Of a DNA stretch of 64,000 nucleotides, positions 10,001 to 22,792 are shown one piece after another. The notes below the pieces were generated by a model, which saw only the letters and a list, made by a program, of their open reading frames with translations, had not been told where the DNA came from and searched no databases. Both the position numbers and the translations under genes were made by a program. Source of the DNA: Macrostomum hystrix (lineage: Eukaryota; Animalia; Platyhelminthes); NCBI GenBank assembly GCA_950097015.1, contig CATNEN010000029.1, positions 2,046,001 through 2,110,000 on the forward strand, written 5' to 3'. Position 1 is the first letter of the stretch; each line of letters starts with the position of its first letter.

Positions 10001-12872
10001 TTCAATCATCTCACCCCTTAATGCAGTTATCTCACCCTTCACTCAGTTATCTCACCCTTCACTCAGTTATCTCACCCTTCACTCAGTTATCTCACCCTTC
10101 ATTCAGTTATCTCACTCTTCATTCAGTTATCTCACCCTTCACTCAGTTATCTCACCCTTCACTCAGTTATCTCACCCTTCACTCAGTTATCTCACCCTTC
10201 ACTCAGTTATCTCACCCTTCATTCAGTTATCTCACCCTTCATTCAGTTATCTCACCCTTCATTCAGTTATCTCACCCTTCACTCAGTTATCTCACCCTTC
10301 ACTCAGTTATCCCACCCTTCATTCAGTTATCTCACCCTTCATTCAGTTATCTCACCCTTCACTCAGTTATCTCACCCTTCACTCAGTTATCTCACCCTTC
10401 ACTCAGTTATCTCACCCTTCATTCAGTTATCTCACCCTTCATTCAGTTATCTCACCCTTCATTCAGTTATCTCACCCTTAATTCAGTTATCTCACCCTTC
10501 ATTCAGTTATCTCACCCTTCATTCAGTTATCTCACCCTTCACTCAGTTATCTCACCCTTCACTCAGTTATCTCACCCTTCATTCAGTTATCTCACCCTTC
10601 ATTCAGTTATCTCACCCTTCTTTCAGTTATCTCACCCTTCACTCAGTTATCTCACCCTTCATTCAGTTATCTTACCCTTCATTCAGTTATCTCACCCTTC
10701 ATTCAGTTATCTCACCCTTCATTCAGTTATCTCACCCTTCACTCAGTTATCTCACCCTTCACTCAGTTATCCCACCCTTCATTCAGTTATCTCACCCTTC
10801 ATTCAGTTATCTCACCCTTCATTCAGTTATCTCACCCTTCATTCAGTTATCTCACCCTTCATTCAGTTATCTCACCCTTCATTCAGTTATCTCACCCTTC
10901 ACTCAGTTATCTCACCCTTCACTCAGTTATCTCACCCTTCACTCAGTTATCTCACCCTTCACCGAATTTTTCGCCCGCAGCGCCATGGAGCGGGCCAATC
11001 AGGACGAGTTCTTCCGCAAACAGATGGACGACCTAACTAGACGGCAGCAGATGGAGAGCAAGAATTTGCCAAAGAATCTGAAGCTGCGCATACAGAGCGT
11101 GCGCAAGCAGTACACTGACACGGTTAAGATTCAAGAGTCGCAGTTTAAATACCTTGAAAAGCAGGTGACTCTGTCGCAACGGTCCAAAGATGAGCAGCGC
11201 GAAGAATTGCGCAAAATTCGGACAGACAAGGAGACGAAGCTGACCTCGCTGCAGGAGCAGTACAATTGGTCCATCATCGATCTGAAGCAGAAGGTCACAG
11301 ATAACACCAAGACCAATCAGCAGCAGGAGCTAGTGGAATGTCGGCGGCGCCAGGAAGAAGAAAAGGAACTGCTAGCCGCCTACCAGTCCAAGGTGCAGAT
11401 GTCGCTGCTGCAGGCTCAGGAGAAGGAGCGCCAGCTTCTGCAGATCAAAATTGAGACGCGTTACTCGTGCCTCAATCGATCCGTGAGTTTTTTTTAGACA
11501 TAAATTTGTGCTTTCCTATTGTTAGTAGCTAGCATTGCGTTAGGGAATTCTTGCTAGCTTTTATTGCTTGTAGCCCAGTGGTTAGATCTACGGGCTCTTG
11601 AAAGTTCAAATCTCAACACTAGGGAAGCAACTTGTGTCATTGGGCAAGACAGTTAATGCCCTAGTGCTTCAGTTCACCCCGATTAGGTGGCCTCTCCAGT
11701 CCACGGACTGAACAGCTGTACACAGCCTTTGTAAGCGCCGCGAGTGTGCCACTAGCTGTACATGAGATCCATATGGGTTGTGTGTCGTTTGTAACTATCT
11801 AATACCATGTAGGGACTCACGGTTGCTCAAATGAAATTTAATGATGCGTAGGAAAATCTAAAGGACATTGATTTGGGATAAGTGGCCACACATGATTAAT
11901 ATATTCGAAAAACCGAATTTAAAGATGAACAGTTGCTCGCCGTTTACCAATCTTATCTTAATCTCGAGACTGATTATGTTTAGGGAATTCATGGGATAAA
12001 AATTATTTGAGAATTTATCAAAACATGTTATAAAGATGCTTTGAGAATACATGGGATAAAGATGCTTTGAGAATAATAATAATAATAATAATAATTGATT
12101 ACACCTGCCCTAATCGGGTCAGATGTGCAGCCGACAGCACAGCCGCAGCTATTGCGCGGCGCATCTGAAGGCTGCGTACGGCTGTTCAGTCCATGGACTG
12201 GGGGGACGCCACACCCACCTTCAATTATCCCAGCTGATGCTGGTACCCATTTAACAGCTGGGTGAACTGAAGCAATGCAGAGTTAAGTGTCTTGCTAAAG
12301 GACACAAATTGTTTAAGTGGAGACGGGAATCGAACCCCCGACCTTCAAGTCGTGAGTCCGACGCCCTAACCACTTGGCTACAACCTCTTTGAGAATACAT
12401 GGGATAAAGATGCTTTGAGATTACATGGGATAAAGATGCTTTGAGATTACATGGGATAAAGATGCTTTGAGATTACATGGTATCAAGATGCTTTGAAAAT
12501 ACTGAGATTATTGAGATGCTTCCGCCATCCTGGCATCCGGTCCCGCAGATTGACGAAGGTGACAAAGAGCACCAGAAGCGCGTGGACGCCCTCCGCCAGC
12601 AGGTCGAAGACTCCAACAGGCAGCGACTGGCCAGCTTCGATAGGGAGACGCAGAACATGGCTGATGCCGGAGTTTTAAACGCCGCCCAGGTCCTATCGCA
12701 GAGCTCGCAAGCGGCTGCAGCTGCGGCCGCCGCGGCCACAGCGGCTGCGGCCAATGCGGCAACGCCTGTGATGCGCCGGCCGCAGTCGGAGCACGGCGCA
12801 GCGGCTCGGCTAGCCAGCAATCTGTTTCGCCGCAGTCGGGTCTTTCAGCCCAATCCGGCCGAATCCTTCTGA
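4061..12872 (+). CDS. TAOK: TAO (thousand-and-one amino acid) Ste20-family Ser/Thr kinase, ~951 aa; join(4061..4162,5433..5504,5603..5704,6555..6882,7363..8222,9320..9885,10981..11482,12549..12872)
   Basis: Motifs [73 protein letters not shown] and [16 protein letters not shown] closely match TAO1/2/3. These are followed by the typical long C-terminal coiled coil ([15 protein letters not shown]...). All introns are GT-AG, phases are consistent, and the spliced length is 2856 nt. The start codon is the least certain part. Confidence 0.95.
4196..5080. repeat. ~32-bp minisatellite (CTATCTAGCTGTCTAC[T/C]..ATCTACCTTGCCAT)n in TAO intron 1
   Basis: Visible tandem units, roughly 27 copies. Confidence 0.95.
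5081..5320. repeat. (CCTA)n tetranucleotide microsatellite in TAO intron 1
   Basis: Read directly; it generates the spurious PTYL-repeat ORFs. Confidence 0.95.
5762..6378. repeat. 37-bp minisatellite (CTCAAGCTGTATAGGCTCAGATAGACTCAATCATGTA)n in TAO intron 3
   Basis: Visible tandem units with degenerate edges. Confidence 0.9.
6962..7322. repeat. Degenerate minisatellite built on TCTAGATCTGATG in TAO intron 4
   Basis: Recurring GATGTCTAGATCTGATGTCTA units of about 25-36 bp. Confidence 0.85.
8560..9181. repeat. 26-bp minisatellite (CCCTAAGCCTTCTCTCCGTGGTTTAT)n in TAO intron 5
   Basis: Visible tandem units; a short (AC)n tract precedes it at ~8452-8477. Confidence 0.95.
10005..10961. repeat. 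20-bp minisatellite (CAGTTATCTCACCCTTCA[C/T]T)n in TAO intron 6
   Basis: About 47 near-identical units ending ~20 nt before the splice acceptor; it explains ORF 10021..11040. Confidence 0.95.
11565..11745 (+). mobile_element. Degenerate, internally deleted copy of SINE family 1 (tRNA head + CORE-like domain)
   Basis: TGTAGCCCAGTGGTTAG (A box), GTTCAAATC (B box), TGTGTCATTGGGCAAGACAGTTAA..TGCTTCAGTTCACCC and CAGTCCACGGACTGAACAGCTGTAC all align to the reverse complement of the 12075-12386 element. Confidence 0.75.
12030..12520. repeat. 26-bp minisatellite (GAGA[A/T]TACATGGGATAAAGATGCTTT)n in TAO intron 7, interrupted by a SINE
   Basis: Units are present on both sides of the SINE at 12075-12386. 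Confidence 0.85.
12075..12386 (-). mobile_element. Full-length tRNA-derived SINE (family 1) with MIR-type CORE domain and (ATT)n tail
   Basis: The minus strand reads GGTTGTAGCCAAGTGGTTAGGGCGTCGGACTCACGACTTGAAGGTCGGGGGTTCGATTCCC (Pol III A and B boxes). It continues with TGTGTCCTTTAGCAAGACACTTAACTCTGCATTGCTTCAGTTCACCCAGCTGTTAAATGGG (CORE-like), a 3' hairpin and (ATT)n. CTTTGAGAAT flanks both sides (12065-12074 and 12387-12396). Confidence 0.9.
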
Positions 12873-13831
12873 CAGACCTGCCCTCCGCTTCTTCCGCCCG
12901 CTATTCCTCCCAGTCCGGCTCGGTTTATCAAATATTGTTCTTCAATCTGTTGTTTCTGTCTAGACTGCTTTTTCGCAAACCTCGTTCTGTATTCCAGAAG
13001 CATAGCATCTGCTTGAAATTACTATGAAGAATATTTGATAAGCTTATATTTGTATTCGCGCAAAAAAGCAGTCTACTAATGATAAGTAGTTTTGTGATTT
13101 TCGGCGCGAATTCAAATTTAAGACAGACTTAGATTGAAACATAGGCAACAAAACTTTAAAGAGGCCTGTAGTAACTCGGAATCACCTATCGGAATGCAAT
13201 GGCACTGCAATTGCGCTATGCTTCATGCAATTTCGCTACTCTGGCTAGCTATATATTCGCTCTGTCTACCAAAATACTGCTTTCGATGCTTTAAATTATT
13301 TGTCTCCGTATTTTCTCTCGCCATTTGATTCAGTCTTTGTTTAAAAAACAACGCCAGTGGATTGCTAGTCTAGCACGCGAACTGTGCTGTTTGTTAATGC
13401 CAGCGAACTAACATTACTAGAGTGAAGAGAAACCAGCGGTACTTTGAAAACTATGGCATTCTGTCGCTCTTAAATCCTTTTTTATGTTACACTTTGCCCA
13501 ATAATTGTGCATATATATAATGGAGTGGTTCTCTATTCTTTCCTGACTGTCTTCTCTATTGCTGTCGTTTCACTATTATCTACTGCTGCTATGCTACTAT
13601 AGAATTTTAGATCTATTTAGAGCTTGATTCAGAAATTCGTGTGGGACTGTTTAACTTTGTATAAGTCGATTCAATGAAATATTTCGTAAATTTTTGCTAA
13701 TTCATTCTTGCCCAGAACGTGCTAACCGGAATTCTAAATAGCTATTTATCTAACTAACACTGTCTGATTAGGGTGATATTCACGACTTTCTTTGAAATTT
13801 TGGGTTCCGTTATGTCGTAAGCTGATTTGTT

Positions 13832-14430
13832 CCTGGTCCTATATTTGACAGCAGTGGTCCTGGTCCTATAGTTTACAGCAGTGGTCCTGGTCCTTTAGCT
13901 GACAACAGTGGTCCTGGTCCTTTTAGCTGACAGCAGTGGTCCTGGTCCTTTTAGCTGACAGCAGTGGTCCTGGTTCTATAGTTGACAGCAGTGGTCCTGG
14001 TCCTATAGTTGACAGCAGTGGTCCTGGTCCTATAGTTGACAGCAGTGGTCCTGGTCCTATAGTTGACAGCAGTGGTCTTGGTCCTATAGTTGACAGCAGT
14101 GGTCCTGGTCCTATAGTTGACAGCAGTGGTCCTGGTCCTATAGTTGACAGCAGTGGTCCTGGTCCTATATTTGACAGCAGTGGTCCTGGTCCTATAGTTT
14201 ACAGCAGTGGTCCTGGTCCTTTAGCTGACAACAGTGGTCCTGGTCCTTTTAGCTGACAGCAGTGGTCCTGGTCCTTTTAGCTGACAGCAGTGGTCCTGGT
14301 CCTTTTAGCTGACAGCAGTGGTCCTGGTCCTTTTAGCTGACAGCAGTGGTCCTGGTCCTATAGTTGACAGCAGTGGTCCTGGTCCTATAGTTGACAGCAG
14401 TGGTCCTGGTCTTATAGTTGACAGCAGTGA
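13832..14430. repeat. 27/28-bp minisatellite (GACAGCAGTGGTCCTGGTCCTATAGTT)n downstream of TAO
   Basis: Visible tandem units in two variants (...TATAGTT and ...TTTTAGCT). Confidence 0.95.
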
Positions 14431-17400
14431 TCCTTTTCATCAAGTTTGTGAATGGTTTTGATTTTATTGATTATCATGCAATATAGAATTGTAGAAATGA
14501 CCTTTATCCCATTCAATTTTATTAACATAATTCGAGCAGCAATGTCGCTGCACTGTCGTATTTCCATTGACTATTGGCCGTCACTTTATCGGGGATTAGT
14601 AATCAGTAGATTCGGTTTAATACATTCTAGGACCATTGCAGATATGAACGCTGTATCATTTAGGGCCTAGAAACTAATTATATCCAATATCGTAGGAGAA
14701 TACCATAGGGCTATTTCAGTAACTAAATTAGCTTTTAATTTATTTTTGCGGGAAAAGTTCAAATTTTTACTTTTTGGTACCTACTTTCAGTCCGGAAAAA
14801 TATGTTTTTGCATAGATTTATTTATTTGACTGTCGCGTTTTATAAGAAAAAGTACAAGAGTTTCTTGTTGTAGGCGGCAAACACGCAGGTGTTTTTGTTA
14901 ATGTATTAAAGAAAGATTGTAACAGATTTGCAATGTGTTTTTTATAAAATAAGTTATCCGTCTTATAAGTTAAAATGGATGCACCGCATCCTGTTATAGT
15001 CCTCTCCCCTCATATCCTCTTTCTCAAATTGTTTCTGTCCTAAATTTTGTACAAAAAATTCTTCCGCGCCTCTTAAACCAAACCTATTCGAAACGCTCAC
15101 TAATTCCCCTAAAAGCGACCTCGAGAACTGTACCGCGTACATGTAGCCACTGTTTGTTAGTTAGTTGGCTTTAGCGCGTTATCTATCGCGGGCGCCAAGC
15201 CCAACCGACTGCGTACCGGTTTTTGCGACTGATTGTTTCAAAAAATTGTTCGTCCTACGTTTTTTAAATCCCCGTTGCTTCTCTCTGGCTATCTATATCT
15301 TCTATTATATAGATGTATGATATGTGTGTAAGTTAATACGTCAATTATATTGCCTAAAAATCTCCCAGTGTTTTATCGTTATAGGATTCCCGTTTGATAT
15401 ATTGACTTTATTCTGAAAGGACCTTTTAATGTTTATAGGACTCTGAATTACATAATGGATTCATGCAACATAGGAAGGATAAAAATCACTTGATCCAGTA
15501 TATTGAAAACAGAGAATCTTAGTAGACTGATGATCAAATCAATGGCCAGCCAAGTGTTGAGAATGTCTATGTGCTTCCTGGGCATGATGCGGGTGTTTAT
15601 CGTTTTAACTAATCATTTATTATGGGTTCTAAGTTGAACTTCGCGCGTGAACTTTTAATTCTTGTACATGCTAACCCTGGCAAGTTTTATTCGTCTCCTT
15701 TACTTTACTTTCTAATCCTGTTGCGGTTTACTGCCTCACTAACAGATGCGCTATGTTACGAAACGATTTTTGCCTCATTACATATGCGATAATATATGTA
15801 TCGGCATCAGAGACATAATGCGTTAAGGAATGTGTTGACTGCTAATTAGACAGTTCTTTTATAATCTGGTATCTATGTTGGTGTAGAAACTGTAAAATGT
15901 ATGTAGCGGTATATTTTCTAGCACTATTTTGGTCGTTTTTTATCTGGACAAAACAAACAACTTATTATTTATATGGTACTATGAACCAGTATAGTCGTAA
16001 AAGAAATAAATCAAGTCTTGCAAGCGTTTCATTCAGTGCATGCATGCTCATTTTAGCATGCAGTTTGTGACACCTATGTAACCATTATATAACTGCAATT
16101 AGAGATCAGAGCTTTTTTTCAAAACGCAGATTAATTTTTTTTATCATGCGTACCATGCCATGGTAGTTCAACCATATCTAGAACAAACCCTTTTACACTT
16201 ATGTGTACATACGGTTGCATCTACGCTATTCGACGTGTTGGACAGACCGCTATTAAATATCTGTTATGTAGGCCTATGACACATTTTAAAAGTGGTAAAT
16301 TTCATTAGAAAAATAATCTAGAAAAATGCTTACTTAAAAGAGGGAGAAATTAATAATTTTGTGAATTATTTCCCTTGAATAGTGGAATAGTCTGAATGAT
16401 TGCAGTTTTTTGACATTTGAACAAGTTGATTATAATAAAATACGGAAATTTTACAGGCCGGTAAAATGGACACTTAAAACTATTCTGAAACAAAGAAAGT
16501 GTCCAAAGACCCATTTGCGTGTGCATTTTACAATATAATATATTTCATATAATAATTTACTTGCAAGAAAGGATACAAATGTGCTTAGCAGACCTGACGT
16601 TAGTTTATTTATTTGTTATTATTTAGTCTGATCACATGTCTTCATCTTTTCAGTTATAATTGAAGTAGTATATTATATAATATAGCAAAGCCTGTCTCTA
16701 GCTTTTATTGCAGCATTCCAAACTTACTTTTTAAGTCCCACTAAAGCATCCGATCTAGCGGACCAGTTATTGCAATTTGCAAAATAGCTTAATGTGACCG
16801 CTGCTCTAATGCATTCAAAGCAGACTAACATAGCAACACAAAAACGTCCTGCCTGACCTGTCTGTCCACAAGTGACAAGAAATTGGCAGTCAGTCATTGC
16901 TAACCTAACCAGAATATCAACATTAGCTAACCTAACCCTAAATCTATTCCTCTGTTAAAAAGGATGAGATTGGATAGCTATATTTTCTAGGCTACTGGTA
17001 CAAAGAAAAATTAACACTTTCAAACTCTGTTAACAGCCTGATTTACATATTAGGGCCTATACACATTTTTGTATTTGTAAAACAAAGTTTACTACAGTCT
17101 ATAGGGAGTATAGCTATTCACTGACATTAAAATACTTTATTCACTGTTAGCCTAAACTAGCTAGGCCTAAATGGGAATTTTCCTAACTTACTAGTTCCCT
17201 ATGTGTAGGCCCTACTCACAATTTATATTCAAAGTCAAGCAAGTTAATTAAGTAAAGTGACTATGTATGGCTATCAATTTCCTAGTTTGCTATATTAAAT
17301 TTTTGGCACTAGCTGTTGTAGGGCTCTTTTCTTATAATTTAAATTCTATTATTTTGTCAACCAGTATTAACACTTCTTATATATTATTTAGTTTAAATTA

Positions 17401-19147
17401 CTTAGTGGTAGCATAGGCCTATATTGTCAGTGTCCAAGTGGCAGGACACTTATATGAGTTATGGATAGGGTAATGCATCATTAACCAAACAGTGTATCTT
17501 CAAAACTGAACAATAATTTTGACTCCTTCCTTGGTCTTGTGCAAGACAGAAACAAGCTATTGTGTTTCACATAACAACTAATTTGAAAGTTGAATAAATT
17601 ATCTATAAGCTGAGGCATGACTTGCAATGAAGCATTAAGAGGAAAGAAAGATATTGATGTTTCAGTAGAATTTTTATCGCAAAAGCATACTTTTTAACAA
17701 CATACTTTCAGCATATATACTGAAGCAGGCAACAGACTAAGATTGTAGCCTATGCAATTGCTTTCCAATTAAATTACAATAAATTTAGTTATTTATAGAG
17801 TCTGAAAAATGTTTTCAAACGACAATTTGTGATAGATCAATCCTTAAAAAAAGATTAAACCAGTCACTCAAATTGTAAAACCAAACATTGAATTCTCTGT
17901 TGAGTTTGAAGATATATGAAAATAATCATTCTGTTTTAGATGAAAAACACAAATAACTTTTTTTCTATTTGACAAAATTGCAAAAGCAGATACTTTTTAG
18001 AAAGATAAAACAGTTTTCTATAACTTGGCTTTTGATTTATCATCATATCTTAAATAGAAAAACTGTAGCTTAGGTTTGAAGTAAAAAAATACACATTCTT
18101 GTTCAGTTGATGATACATTACCCTATGATTATTTCATATGAATAACTATATGCCATGTACTAGTTGATAGATTTATTGGCATATTTACTTTATACAGTCT
18201 TACTTAAGGCTTCCAGTAGATTAGAAGGTATCAGTTACCAATATATACACAATACTGAATAACTCTACTGAATACTGAATATTTCTGGCTTATACAGGTT
18301 TTATATACTCAATAACACTATAGAATTTAAATACTTATAATAAGTCCCTTAAAAAGGATTTTAGTACTTCACTTAGATTCAACCTTTTAGTTAGGCCCTA
18401 TCTATTCAATATGCAATTTTATACAGTGTTCTCATGATTTCTAGCCTTGAGCTTGTTATAAAATTTACTGAGTCAAACTCACTCAATATTTCACTTAAAC
18501 ATTTGGTAGTTGCAAAAGTTAGTCTTCTCTTTAGTGCTCCTATTTATATAGAAAATTGAGGTAGCTGTTGGTGTGCATTAAAATAATTGGTGCAGTAAAA
18601 AATATTATGCTTCATTGTTAATTTCTAAGTTATGCCCAAATTTGAGAAAGCAGTACTGTATGATATTTTAAAAGCATCTTTTTCATAATTTTTATTAGTT
18701 TACTAAACTATTTTTTACTTAAACACAATCTCAATAATAGTTTGTTTATTGTTTTTTTACACTACAATACAAGTTTTTTTAAATCCTCTAGTTTTGCACG
18801 TTTAATTCTTGTACAAATGTCAAAAGATAACAACTTTCTTAGTTAACGCAAGTAATTACTTAAACTCAAACAATGAGTTGGTTTGCAAACAATATAGCAA
18901 TGGCTAAGTCTGTGGGCAAAACAAACAGAAAAAGAGAAAAGAAGGGACAGTAGTAACAAGGAAAGAAAAAAGATTTCATTATTGCCTTGTTACCTTTGGC
19001 TTCGGCAACATTATTTTCTGTAAGTTGTAAGTAATATAAGACATGAGATTTAAGAAAAAATATATAGATAGATAAATAGATTAGATAGATAAAAATCCAA
19101 ATTTTAGAGCCTGCCTAAAAATCTTGCTTCCAGCTGACCCATTGGCG

Positions 19148-20859
19148 ATGGGCAACACACCAAATAGTGAAAATCGAGCTCGGAGACTATCCGCCCATGG
19201 CACTGGCGCCGAGGTTGTCTATCAGCCGCCCTACAAACGCAAGGTTGACTCGCTGGACTTTGGCAGAGATTTTTCATCGGAGATACCAAGCATTGTGAAG
19301 GTAACATTTCAAGGCATTTGACTATGCAAAACTGTAGGCCGGACAGGCGATCAGTTTATCTGCACTGTGCAGTGCATCTGCTTTTTAACTAAAGTTCTTT
19401 AAGCAAGTCCGACAGTCCATGTGCTGTTTGGATTTTGAAGCATATCTTTTGCGCGTGTTTTCTTATCTGCGATATTCGTCTGCACTCTACTTGCTGTTGC
19501 CGCCTTCTGCAAGTTTGTATAGTCCTGAAAATTTCATTTATTTTTTTCGTCTCTTTTCTCCTCTTTCAGCTGTTTTCTTATCAATATCAATTTAGCTAGC
19601 TATACTTTACTTGGCCTCTTAAACCCAAACAGCAGGCTAGTGAAGATGAAGGATTCCGCATTCGAGCCTCCACGATATCGGAGAGGCCAGGCGATCACGT
19701 GACCGCCAACAAGCTGCCCACCGTCTTCAAATGGGAGGGCGGTGGCAAGGAGGTCTACCTAAGCGGCAGTTTCAACAACTGGCAGACAAAGATTCCGTTG
19801 GTCAGGAGGTGGGTTTTTGTGTTCTTATTGAGCTATTTTGTTTAAATTAATTGCTGTTTTTGTAGTCAAGCAGTGTTTGAGTGCACCTATTGTTATAATA
19901 TTTCAGCCAAGACCATTTCTACACAATTGTCGACCTGCCGGAAGGTGAGCATCAGTACCAGTTCATTGTTGACGGCAAATGGCAGGTCAACGGCAAGGAG
20001 GTAAGTCCGGGATGATTTTAAACAAATTTGTATTTTTACTGATCAGATAACTGTCGTAAGAACCATAAGCCTTAATTTTAAGGTTCCACGTACCTCCTTC
20101 CTACCAGTTAAGCACCCACCTCACTCCCTGCCCCACCCACTCGCCAGCTAAGCAGCCACCTCACTCCCTGCCCCACCTACTCGCCAGTTAAGAAGCCATC
20201 TCACTCCCTGCCCCACCCACTCGCCAGTTAAGCAGCCACCTTCAAACCCGCTTCTACGCTCCTTGCTTTGACGTTGGACAGCCGTTAAGCTTCCTGTGAC
20301 ATCGCATCTGCATCCGTTTCCATTTCGATCATCGATTAAGTAGCCAAACCACGTCTCTCTTTTAACCAACCTTCGGTTTCTATCCTGTTTCACATATTGT
20401 CACTCTTCGACCCTTCACCAACAGCCAACAGTGCAGAACAACATGGGCTCGACGAACAATGTGCTGCAAGTGAAGTCGTCTGACTTCGAAGTGTTCGAAG
20501 CGCTAGCCATGGACATTGCGGAGAGCACGCACTCCAAGGAGCACACCCAGTCGGAGGTGTCCGAACGGCTGCGAAACCGGTCCGGTAGTCCGCCTGGCCG
20601 CTACACCAGCCAGGTGCCGACCGGTCGACAGTCAGGACCAAACCGGGCTCCGCCTGTGCTGCCGCAGCAGCTGCTGCAGGTGATTCTAAACCGGCCCACC
20701 GACTCCAGGTACGATCCGAATCTACTGCCCGAGCCGGATCACGTCATGCTGAATCACCTGTACGCGCTGAGCATCAAGGACGGTGTTGTTGTTTTGTCGA
20801 CTATTCATCGGTATCGCAAGAAGTTCGTCACCACCGTCATGTACAAGCCATGCGATTGA
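19148..20859 (+). CDS. PRKAB: AMP-activated protein kinase beta subunit, 284 aa; join(19148..19300,19636..19808,19907..20000,20425..20859)
   Basis: MGNT N-myristoylation start; carbohydrate-binding module PTVFKWEGGGKEVYLSGSFNNW..KIPLVRSQDHFYTIVDLPEGEHQYQFIVDGKW; C-terminal ASC domain DPNLLPEPDHVMLNHLYALSIKDGVVVLSTIHRYRKKFVTTVMYKP. Introns are GT-AG and phases are consistent. Confidence 0.97.
20105..20243. repeat. 40-bp tandem repeat (CAGTTAAGCAGCCACCTCACTCCCTGCCCCACCCACTCGC)n, ~3.5 copies, AMPK beta intron 3
   Basis: Read directly. Confidence 0.85.
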
Positions 20860-20989
20860 AAGATTTGAAACACTTTTCAGGCAACATTTAACGCACATTA
20901 GTTTTCAGTTTTTTGCGAGGCTTTTTTGTTGTCTAAACAATGTTTGATTGTAGTAATTTTTCTTTTGCTAATGCGGCTACACCTGGTTA

Positions 20990-21200
20990 CGCACAGTGGG
21001 GCAGGAAAAATGGGGTTGCTCCGTGGTGGGGCAGAAAAAGGGTGGGTGTGATTGATACGCACAGTGGGGCAGGAAAATTGGGGTTGCTCCGTGGTGGGGC
21101 AGAAAAAAGGGTGGGTGTGATTGATAAGCACAGTGGGGCAGGAAAACTGGGGTGGTTCCGTGGTTGGTAGAAAAAGGGGGTGACGCACAGCGGGGCTGGG
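20990..21200. repeat. G-rich ~68-bp tandem repeat (about 3 copies) downstream of the AMPK beta stop codon
   Basis: GCACAGTGGGGCAGGAAAA recurs at 20991, 21059 and 21128. Confidence 0.8.
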
Positions 21201-22792
21201 AAATTTTTAACGCATGGGGGAGAATAGAGCGAAAATCTGATAATATTGACTGGTTTACAATTAAACTAAGCACTCTATCGGGTGCTTTATTAAACTTTTT
21301 CAGGTTTCCTTTTCAGTTTTTTCTCCTAAATCGCACAAAATTGCACTGTAACACCCGAATGCTTTATGTAAAGTGCTTTATATACAACAAGCGTTTTTCT
21401 ATTTATTTCCAATTGTTGTTAAAGTTTCGATTTTTTTTCCTATTCCTTTACTGGCACAAGTTCAGTGCGCGATCGAGTCGCTATTGACTTAGCAGATGGT
21501 CCTATTTAGTATGGTCCTGACTAGCGTAGTGTACAGTCGGGTTTTCTAAGCCCAAATAATTAATCTGCAATATTTCATCAAGTTTTTACATAATTCTCTG
21601 CGCCCACATTCTGTACTGATCAGCAGCGCGCAGTTCTCCAATGCAATATATCTGTGCGCTAGTTATTGGCTTCATAATCGATTTTCTGTTTGATTTAGTC
21701 TTGATTTTCTTTTAAATATTATTTATACTCGCGTCAAACCTTGCACTAATGGGGGGCAAAGCACTTAGATTGTGATTTCTATCTATTTCCAACCGATGAA
21801 CAAGTTTGGCTTGAAAATGTCGCCTCGATCTCGTCAATAAACACGTCATTATTAATTCGGCCAGTCCTACCGTTTTTGTTCATATATAGTTTCGTAGGCC
21901 ACGCTGCTAATGTTTTGCCTTTTTCTGTTAAACAAATTATTTTGACTTTGAAAAAATCAAAAGGCCGGGAGTTCGAATCTCAGCCCGAGGGAAAAATGCG
22001 TCCTTAAAAGAATATTGATGCTCTGTTATTCTACTTAAAGTAGCCTTAGTCAAAAGTTTTTCAGCTGTCATGGCCGACTTATTGAGGGATTCGCTCTTAA
22101 CTGCATTACAGTTAGCTGTGTTCTCACGCAAGCTCGCAAAGCAATGCATTGGATTGAATTTCGACGATCAAAGACCATAGATGAAATTCCAGCAATTCGG
22201 CAGACGCATATATTTAAGAATAATCCGTATGGTCTATGGTAGAAAGCAAAGCTAAGTCAAGTCGTTGTGCATAATAATCTACAAACCCATGATCGCTAAA
22301 ATCAAAGACAATGATTCTAGCTTCTAGGATCTAAAACTGATGAAAAGTCGCAAGGTCGAATTGTACAAGGCCATCTCCAATTCCCATGGTTCCTGCCCAT
22401 TTGATTCGTGGATAGACCAGCTTCAATAAATTATTGAATAGGCCGCGCGGCTTTGGTTAGAGGTTGACAACAGCTCTGACGAGCGCATTGTTAATTATTC
22501 AGTGTGGAGCTGAAATCGTGGGAGTGGGGTTCTAGCAACTCAAAGCTAAATCATCTCTACTATTGCTGCAGTCCTCAGTCTTTAAAGCGTCGCGATTCTC
22601 CAACCCAATTATTTCGTCATTTGAATTGTATTTCGCAAATCCTTGTCTCTTATCAATCAACTCGTCAGTTACAGGTGAGCAGCAAATTCGATCTCAATTT
22701 TCCCAAATATTAATTCGTGCATGACGTAAGTTTTTTTAATTAACGTCACGGGGCTGGCATTGCACCTCAAAAAACCCTTTTAACAGGTTATC

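Noticed and set aside
10021-11040. 339-aa ORF with LSHPS/LTLHSVI repeats
   Set aside because: It is a translation of the 20-bp intronic minisatellite.
12315-12386. tRNA-like sequence (apparent CAC anticodon), and a similar head at 35502-35575
   Set aside because: The acceptor and T stems do not pair properly and the heads run into SINE bodies, so they are not functional tRNA genes.
13936-14256. ORF of DSSGPGPIV repeats, superficially collagen- or silk-like
   Set aside because: It derives from a 27-bp array whose 28-bp variants shift the frame on both sides; there is no ATG, signal peptide or splice context.
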